Source: Promethearchaeia archaeon
GTDB taxonomy: Archaea > Asgardarchaeota > Lokiarchaeia > Sigyniarchaeales > SOKP01
Assembly (NCBI GenBank): GCA_046497275.1
Contig: JAWOFX010000030.1
Span: forward strand, 1-13,520
Reading direction: 5' to 3'
DNA length: 13,520 nucleotides
Below, in pieces: positions 7,941-13,520 of this stretch. The notes below the pieces were generated by a model. The model ran no database searches and had not been told where the DNA came from. It worked only from the letters and a program-made list of their open reading frames with translations. How positions within the stretch are numbered: the first letter of the stretch is position 1; each line of letters opens with the position of its first letter. Both the position numbers and the translations under genes were made by a program.

Positions 7941-8750
7941 TTGAATCAATTGCCATCATCATCATCATATAAATTTAAAATAGTAATGGGAGGATCAGAT
8001 CCAGAGAAACTTCCATTTTTTGAGAATTCTTTTTTTAATGGAACAGATTTCTCTCATATTGGCATTAATATAAACCCTATTGAATGCATAACAAGTTTTG
8101 GAGACTCTTATCTCTTTATTTTTTGGCATCTTAACCAAATGCAGAGATTTGAGTTTATGTTATCCTCTTTTTGCCACGGAGCATATGGTGGAATAATTTG
8201 TGTCGACAGATCTCATTTCGAATCTTATAAAGAAGCTATTAATTGGATTAAGATATTTCAAAGGCAGATTAAAAAGATTCCATTAATAATCTTCAGTTTC
8301 CAATCTAAAAATTCTCAAAATGAAGTATCAAATAAACAAGTGAGAAAATTAATAGAAGTATATAATCTTAAGGGCCTTTTTGGAATTTCTTCAGATGAAA
8401 AAATTAATTATCTACTTAAAAAAGATTTCTTCAGATTTGTTATTAAGATATTTAATGAGTCTAATGTAAATGAACAGGAGTTTTCAATTATGTTCCCAAC
8501 AGAAGAGAAGGATTTTATTAAATTCTTTGAAAGTTTTTCAACATGTCCTATTTGTAAAAAGAAAAATCACATTGAGAGTCTGAAAGAATTCTATTTTAGT
8601 AAAAGAGATGATATAATAAGACTAAGAGACAAATTTTTTGATTTGATGGATAAATCTTCTTATTTAGAAGAAAGATGGAGTAATTCATTGGATCTTGGGA
8701 TTTTATGTTGTTCGTGCTATAAAAAATATTTTAGTGATTCGGGTTCCTAA
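7941..8750 (+). CDS. Rab/Ras-like small-GTPase-fold protein with degenerate G-motifs and a C-terminal CxxC...CxxC domain
   Basis: YKFKIVMGG, IGINI, LFIFW, QRF, SSFCHGAYGGIICVD and ESYKEAINWI align colinearly with the Rab consensus. The C-terminus has C202PIC205 and C256CSC259. The TTG start is preceded by AGGGG. Confidence 0.8.
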   Translation: MNQLPSSSSYKFKIVMGGSDPEKLPFFENSFFNGTDFSHIGININPIECITSFGDSYLFIFWHLNQMQRFEFMLSSFCHGAYGGIICVDRSHFESYKEAINWIKIFQRQIKKIPLIIFSFQSKNSQNEVSNKQVRKLIEVYNLKGLFGISSDEKINYLLKKDFFRFVIKIFNESNVNEQEFSIMFPTEEKDFIKFFESFSTCPICKKKNHIESLKEFYFSKRDDIIRLRDKFFDLMDKSSYLEERWSNSLDLGILCCSCYKKYFSDSGS

Positions 8751-8771
8751 CTAATTACGAAATTCAGTAAT

Positions 8772-9185
8772 TCAAAAAAGTTCCGCTTTCTTAATGATTG
8801 TTTTATGATCAAAAGCTAATTTAAGATTTGGAAGTTTTTTTAATGGAATTATGTCCAATTCCGCAGCATCATCTTGCGCTTTTGGTTTCTCATTTTTGGT
8901 TATTGGTTCGCACATATATGCGACACTTACGGTATGTCCTCTTGGATCCCTGTCCGGTTTAGAAAAAACACCGATTAATTTTTTGATTTGGACATTGATA
9001 TTAGTCTCCTCCTTCGCTTCTCTAATACACGCTTCTTCGACGGTTTCTCCAATATCTACAAATCCTCCAGGTAAGGCATATTCACCTTTAAAAGGGGGAT
9101 TCTTTCGTTTTATAAGAATAATATGATTAGAATCATATAAAATCACGGCATCAACTGTTAACAAAGGGGTTTTTGGTTTAGCCAT
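8772..9185 (-). CDS. Nudix hydrolase, similar to archaeal ADP-ribose pyrophosphatase (MJ1149 type)
   Basis: Nudix box GGFVDIGETVEEACIREAKEETN plus LIKRKNPPFKG, PDRDPRGH, DDA and LAFDH. ATG 9185 (MAKPKTP) is preferred over the TTG at 9227. Confidence 0.9.
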   Translation of the reverse strand: MAKPKTPLLTVDAVILYDSNHIILIKRKNPPFKGEYALPGGFVDIGETVEEACIREAKEETNINVQIKKLIGVFSKPDRDPRGHTVSVAYMCEPITKNEKPKAQDDAAELDIIPLKKLPNLKLAFDHKTIIKKAELF

Positions 9186-9247
9186 TTTTTCAATTATAAG
9201 ATTTTTAATTCTAATAAAATTTTCCAAAAATATAATTATTAAATAGT

Positions 9248-12202
9248 TTATTTTAGAATTATTTTTTTGATATGGTTCTTTATCTCATCTGGTTCTAAAT
9301 CTTCTTTACCTATAAAGCCTTGTCCGAATTCATGAGATCCACCTCCTTTCCCACCAAAATGAATGAGAATTTCTCGAATGAAATTTCCTAAATGAATATC
9401 TAATTCTTTTGAAGCTTTTGATCCTAACATTCCCATTACTGTATACCCCTTTTTAGTCTTATTAATCAGTATAGTTATCGCATATTCGTCTTCTTTTAAG
9501 ATATTTTGGTTTAAGTTCTTTAAGTCTTCTTGAGAAAGATTCTCAAAATCTTCAATAACTAGCTTAAAATCTCTATATTTTGAGGCCTCTGAGAGTAATT
9601 CTTTTAGATACTCATTACTTAGTAATTTTTTCATTAAATCAAATTTTTCTTTTCCTTGTTGCCACTCTTCATAAAATTGCTTTACTTTGGTAATTAATTT
9701 TTCTTTCGGAATATTTAAAAAATCAGACAGCTCCGTTAGTATATCTCCCTTAAAGGTTTCAGCTGAATTGAGAGTCAGATCCTGTTCGTCTATTTTTCCT
9801 GTAGATAATGCTTTGTTAATATTTTTCCATTTCTGAAATAATTCTTTCACTCGCCCAACAATTCTTTCTTTCTCTATTCCAAAAAAAGATTTTAATTCAC
9901 TTATAATTTCCTTATTTCTTTTTTCGATTTGTTTAGATGCTTTTCCAGCGGTGAATATTAACCTTACAACCCCATCTTGGATTTTTTGTGATTTAATAAT
10001 ATTTATATGCCCTGTTTCAGAAGTATTATTCAAATGGGTTCCACCACAGGCTTCTACATCCACACCAGGCACTTCTACTATCCTTACTTTAGTTCCAGGT
10101 ACTGCTCCCCCTTGATATATTTCCATTCCATATTCTTGTTCTGCTTCAGAACGAGGCATAAATCTAAGATTCAAACCAATTCCTGCATCAACTATTTTGT
10201 TTGCTCGTTTCTCAATTGCGTTAATTTTTTCCGTTGTAAGTTGTTCGTAATGAGTAATATCGAGATGTGATGATTTTAAGGTTTTTTTTGCTCCCGCCTG
10301 ATTCACATGACTTCCTAAGATTTCTTGAGCAGCAGCATTTACTATATGAGTTGCAGTATGATGCTGTGAGAGTTGTCTTCTCCATTCTTCATCAACTTTT
10401 ATAGTCACTGTCTCGCCTTCTTTGAAAATGGGTTTTTCTTTAAGAACATGAATAACATGATTCCCTTGTTTAAATACGTCTTCAAATCTCTGACCATTTA
10501 TTGTGCCAACATCATGTAGTTGCCCTCCAGCTGTCGGATAGGCCACAGATTTATCCAATATCACCTTATTATCAATAATTTTAAGAACTTTTGCTTTATT
10601 TTCTACTTTTGTATAATCATAATAATATAATGATTCTGTTTCGGGGATATCATCTAAATCAAGTTCGATATCTTTCTTTGCTGCATCTTCTTGTTCTGAT
10701 TGTTCATGTCTCTGTACAACCAGATTAAAGAAGTTATCAGGGATTTTTACTTTAACATCATATCTTTTGGCAGCTTGTTTTACCATATCAGGACTGATTC
10801 CATTAGAATCATACATCTCTATTAACGTCTCTGTGTCTATTTTGCCCTTATTAAATTGTTTTTCTAGTATTTTATTAGCCTTTTTCTTTGTCGCATAATA
10901 TTTTTCTTTTTCCACTTCCAATATTTCTGTTATCTCATTTAAATTTTCTGAAACCTCTGGAAAAAGATCTTTCAATTCTTCAGCATGCCACTCACACACA
11001 TTTGGGATTTTAATATCCCAATTAAATTTATCAATAAATCCGATGGCTCTCCGGAATATTACACGGAGATTATATCCCCCCCCTACATTAGATGGTAGTT
11101 TTCCATCATGAATCGCAAATAGAAGACTTCTGGCATGTTCTGCTATCGAGTATAATCCTGTCATTGGCTGAATTATATCTCGTAATTTCTCAACAGTTAT
11201 ATCTAATTCTTCTGCAACTCTCTGCCATGCCGCATCCATATCCTCTACCTCATCAGTGTTTAAATATGCAGAATATTTAGAAAATCTGTTATATAATTTA
11301 AGATCTAATTTAATATTCGTAATACTCCTTAACTTAGAAAGCACATATGGGAAAGTAGCTTCATAGAGATTTGGAGTTCCTTGCGAGAACCATGCCACTC
11401 GCTCTTGTCCCAATCCCATATCCAATACCTTTAATTTTAATTCTCTTGGACCATTAGGAGTTTGTTCAAACATCGTATAGACTTGATTAAATAATTCAAC
11501 ACCTCTGCTAAAAAACTCAAGACTGCATCCGAATGACCCTCCACCAGCCCAGGAATCCTCATGAATTGTAATTTCATCCTTCGAAAGTCCGACACCAATC
11601 GTGATAAAATCATGCATATCCATAAATAATTGACCTTGATCCCATTCTTCAGGAGAGACGAATTGGTGTTGTCCTATCATTACAAATCCTGTACAATGAG
11701 CTGAAGTTATTCCTACATTTTCTATATCATTAAAGCGTAAACAAAATTGAGGGATTAGTAATTTTTTTGCGGGAGGTTCTTCTTCACCAGTGATAACATA
11801 TGGTTGAAAGGCGGATATAGAAGCTATTGTAAACTCAGAGGTAGGATTCCATCTTGCTACACAGGGATACCGTTTAATCGGGACATATCCTCTTGGTTCT
11901 AATATTTCCACAATTTTTTCCCAAACTCCAATATAAGATAATTTTTCAGAAGTAGGGTTATTAATTACTACATCGAAACCTCCTGAACATGCAGGATCTC
12001 CACAAACTTTTCTCTCTTTATGAGTAGTCCAAAAAAATGTTCCGCAACTAACACATTGTTTTCTCATATATCCTAAATTCCTAAGTTCCTTAGTTGGAAA
12101 GTATGCATCAGGATTTTTTGAGGCAATTTTTTTAAAGACTGTTTTTAGTTCTTTATCAGTTCGACAATCCTTAAGAAGTTCTATCTCATTTTCAGAAAGC
12201 AT
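9248..12202 (-). CDS. alaS: Alanine--tRNA ligase, archaeal type
   Basis: N-terminal CxxC..FW..CGDPxC, motif 2 QFCLRFNDIENVG, motif 3 DMGLGQER, GGGYNLR, editing-site HTATH and CGGTH, QAGA, and C-Ala GGKGGG. 984 aa. Confidence 0.97.
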   Translation of the reverse strand: MLSENEIELLKDCRTDKELKTVFKKIASKNPDAYFPTKELRNLGYMRKQCVSCGTFFWTTHKERKVCGDPACSGGFDVVINNPTSEKLSYIGVWEKIVEILEPRGYVPIKRYPCVARWNPTSEFTIASISAFQPYVITGEEEPPAKKLLIPQFCLRFNDIENVGITSAHCTGFVMIGQHQFVSPEEWDQGQLFMDMHDFITIGVGLSKDEITIHEDSWAGGGSFGCSLEFFSRGVELFNQVYTMFEQTPNGPRELKLKVLDMGLGQERVAWFSQGTPNLYEATFPYVLSKLRSITNIKLDLKLYNRFSKYSAYLNTDEVEDMDAAWQRVAEELDITVEKLRDIIQPMTGLYSIAEHARSLLFAIHDGKLPSNVGGGYNLRVIFRRAIGFIDKFNWDIKIPNVCEWHAEELKDLFPEVSENLNEITEILEVEKEKYYATKKKANKILEKQFNKGKIDTETLIEMYDSNGISPDMVKQAAKRYDVKVKIPDNFFNLVVQRHEQSEQEDAAKKDIELDLDDIPETESLYYYDYTKVENKAKVLKIIDNKVILDKSVAYPTAGGQLHDVGTINGQRFEDVFKQGNHVIHVLKEKPIFKEGETVTIKVDEEWRRQLSQHHTATHIVNAAAQEILGSHVNQAGAKKTLKSSHLDITHYEQLTTEKINAIEKRANKIVDAGIGLNLRFMPRSEAEQEYGMEIYQGGAVPGTKVRIVEVPGVDVEACGGTHLNNTSETGHINIIKSQKIQDGVVRLIFTAGKASKQIEKRNKEIISELKSFFGIEKERIVGRVKELFQKWKNINKALSTGKIDEQDLTLNSAETFKGDILTELSDFLNIPKEKLITKVKQFYEEWQQGKEKFDLMKKLLSNEYLKELLSEASKYRDFKLVIEDFENLSQEDLKNLNQNILKEDEYAITILINKTKKGYTVMGMLGSKASKELDIHLGNFIREILIHFGGKGGGSHEFGQGFIGKEDLEPDEIKNHIKKIILK

Positions 12203-12223
12203 TTTTAATCACTATCAATCAAG

Positions 12224-12233
12224 AATAGCTATT
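12224..12233. promoter_or_regulatory. Perfect 10-bp palindrome AATAGCTATT in the alaS/sirtuin divergent intergenic region
   Basis: Self-complementary as read, 22-31 nt upstream of the alaS ATG. The regulatory role is inferred. Confidence 0.35.
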
Positions 12234-12400
12234 AACCATCAAATTAAGGAATATAGGATTTCCTAAAACTTTTACTTTACGATTATTAAAAATTATTCCT
12301 TCACACTCTATAGAAAGAGAATATTAAAAAGAAAATATCGTTATAGAACTTATAAATATAATCATATATTCCAATTTCAAGTTTTAAATGATAAGAAATT

Positions 12401-13162
12401 ATGAAAAATAAAAACACTCTAAAAAAAAATGATTTTAAACTTGCAGCCGAATGGATCCGAGAAGCAGACCATGCTGTTATCTTTACAGGAGCGGGAGTTT
12501 CTGTTGAAAGCGGGATACCTCCTTTTCGTGGTGAAGATGGGTTATGGAATAAATATAATCCAATTTTTCTGAATACCACCTATTTTAGAGATAATCCTAA
12601 AAAATCTTGGGAGTTAATCAAGGAGATTTTTTATGATTTTTTTGGAAAAGCTAAACCAAATAAAGCTCATTATATTATCGCAGAATTAGAAGGGGAAGGG
12701 TTAATAAAAGCCATAATTACTCAAAATATTGATAATCTTCATCAAAAAGCAGGAAGTAAAAATGTTATCGAATTTCATGGGACAGCCCAAACTCTTACGT
12801 GTATAAATTGTGAAAAGAATGTAATTGCTGAAGAGTATTTGAGTGATTTGCCACCACGATGTCCTCATTGTAATGGATTATTGAAACCAGATTTCGTATT
12901 TTTTGGAGAACCAATTCCTCATAATGCACATTCAAAAACAATAGATGAAGTAACAAAAGCAGATCTATTTATTCTCGTTGGAACTACAGGAGAAATTATG
13001 CCTGCATCAACCATTCCATACATTGCTGAGAAAAATGGAGCCCATTTTATCGAAGTTAATATAGAAGAATCTCAATATACTCGATCAATAGTAGATATCT
13101 TCTTAGAGGGAAAAGCAACAGAAATTTTCCTAAACCTGAAAGACCATTTAAAAGTAATATAA
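12401..13162 (+). CDS. cobB: NAD-dependent protein deacylase (Sir2/CobB family)
   Basis: TGAGVSVESGIPPFRG, TQNIDNLHQKAGS, catalytic FHG, Zn ligands CINC/CPHC, KPDFVFFGE and GTT...PA. Confidence 0.95.
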   Translation: MKNKNTLKKNDFKLAAEWIREADHAVIFTGAGVSVESGIPPFRGEDGLWNKYNPIFLNTTYFRDNPKKSWELIKEIFYDFFGKAKPNKAHYIIAELEGEGLIKAIITQNIDNLHQKAGSKNVIEFHGTAQTLTCINCEKNVIAEEYLSDLPPRCPHCNGLLKPDFVFFGEPIPHNAHSKTIDEVTKADLFILVGTTGEIMPASTIPYIAEKNGAHFIEVNIEESQYTRSIVDIFLEGKATEIFLNLKDHLKVI

Positions 13163-13245
13163 ATAATTTAGATTGATTTCTTTAAAGTAAAATTCTCGTT
13201 TTGATAACCATTAATCACTTTGTCATCTCTCTCAAATTTTTGGAG

Positions 13246-13263
13246 TCAAAATAGCGATTTTGA
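13246..13263. promoter_or_regulatory. Inverted repeat TCAAAAT-AGCG-ATTTTGA, candidate dimeric transcription-factor site
   Basis: Perfect 7-bp arms with a 4-nt spacer, in the intergenic region about 85 nt upstream of the ATG at 13348. Confidence 0.45.
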
Positions 13264-13334
13264 ATTTATCCTAAGTATTAAATATCAGACTATAATATTT
13301 TTTCATCAATCCAATCTAATTTAAAAAAAATATG

Positions 13335-13339
13335 GGTGA
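13335..13339 (+). promoter_or_regulatory. Shine-Dalgarno site GGTGA
   Basis: GGTGA lies 8 nt upstream of the ATG at 13348. Confidence 0.6.
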
Positions 13340-13347
13340 AATTCAAA

Positions 13348-13520
13348 ATGGTAAATGTGTTAGTTACTGTTAAGTATCCTCCACATAAAACTGAGGAAGT
13401 TATTAAAGTATATACTTCGGGAAAAGCAGCAGAATATCCTGATTTTGTAAAGAGAAAATTTCAATGGGCTACACCAAATTATGATGTGAAAATCTATAAT
13501 GTATATGATATTCAAGATGA
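13348..13520 (+). CDS. Hypothetical protein, 3'-truncated (not in the ORF track)
   Basis: SD plus ATG, with 57 open codons to the window edge: MVNVLVTVKYPPHKTEEVIKVYTSGKAAEYPDFVKRKFQWATPNYDVKIYNVYDIQD. The beta-alpha-beta pattern looks protein-like. Confidence 0.75.
   Translation, partial: MVNVLVTVKYPPHKTEEVIKVYTSGKAAEYPDFVKRKFQWATPNYDVKIYNVYDIQD

Noticed and set aside
7954-7968. (CAT)5 microsatellite
   Set aside because: In-frame triplet repeat encoding a Ser run in the N-terminal leader; no frameshift potential.
8706-8717. CCSC as a Rab prenylation signal
   Set aside because: It is 10 residues from the C-terminus rather than terminal, it pairs better with CPIC as a metal site, and protein prenyltransferases are not established in archaea.
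8851-9126. 91-aa plus-strand ORF
   Set aside because: Antisense shadow of the Nudix gene.
10007-11280. Plus-strand ORFs 10007..10270 and 11092..11280
   Set aside because: Antisense shadows within alaS.
4087-12202. dtdA and alaS as a dedicated tRNA-Ala proofreading cluster
   Set aside because: They are over 4 kb apart, on opposite strands and separated by five unrelated genes. Gly-tRNA(Ala) editing is an established activity of DTD1, not DTD2.
12301-12579. 92-aa minus-strand ORF
   Set aside because: Overlaps the conserved 5' end of the sirtuin on the opposite strand and runs into AT-rich intergenic DNA.
1-13520. CRISPR array, tRNA/rRNA, prophage, IS or defence island
   Set aside because: No regularly spaced repeats, no GC-rich structured RNA-like segment, no integrase/transposase/nuclease motifs, and uniform composition. 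The sirtuin is a canonical Zn-binding deacylase, not a SIR2-like defence NADase.

Overview
AT-rich (roughly 30% GC by eye), gene-dense archaeal window with 13 complete CDSs and 2 edge-truncated CDSs. It has no RNA gene, CRISPR array, integrase or transposase that I can recognise. Archaeal-type AlaRS, DTD2-type D-aminoacyl-tRNA deacylase, a LysJ/ArgD aminotransferase and GGTGA ribosome-binding sites indicate an archaeon. A Rab-like protein and a stand-alone 7TM protein point to Asgard archaea (probably Lokiarchaeia/Promethearchaeota; inference). Other genes: cupin, Cys-rich membrane protein, ZIP-like transporter with a coiled-coil insert, tandem GNAT, winged-helix-like hypothetical, VOC protein, MJ1149-like Nudix hydrolase and a sirtuin. 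The strongest observation is 7941..8750. It keeps the Rab/Ras scaffold but has lost all nucleotide-binding G-motifs and is fused to a C-terminal 2xCxxC domain, so it is a candidate Rab-like pseudo-GTPase. Secondary leads: a GNAT-DTD2 pair (possible D-amino-acid detoxification), the Nudix-alaS/sirtuin arrangement with a shared palindromic core on both sides of the sirtuin gene, and an internal duplication in the AlaRS linker. All functional links between genes are hypotheses from adjacency. No database searches were run.
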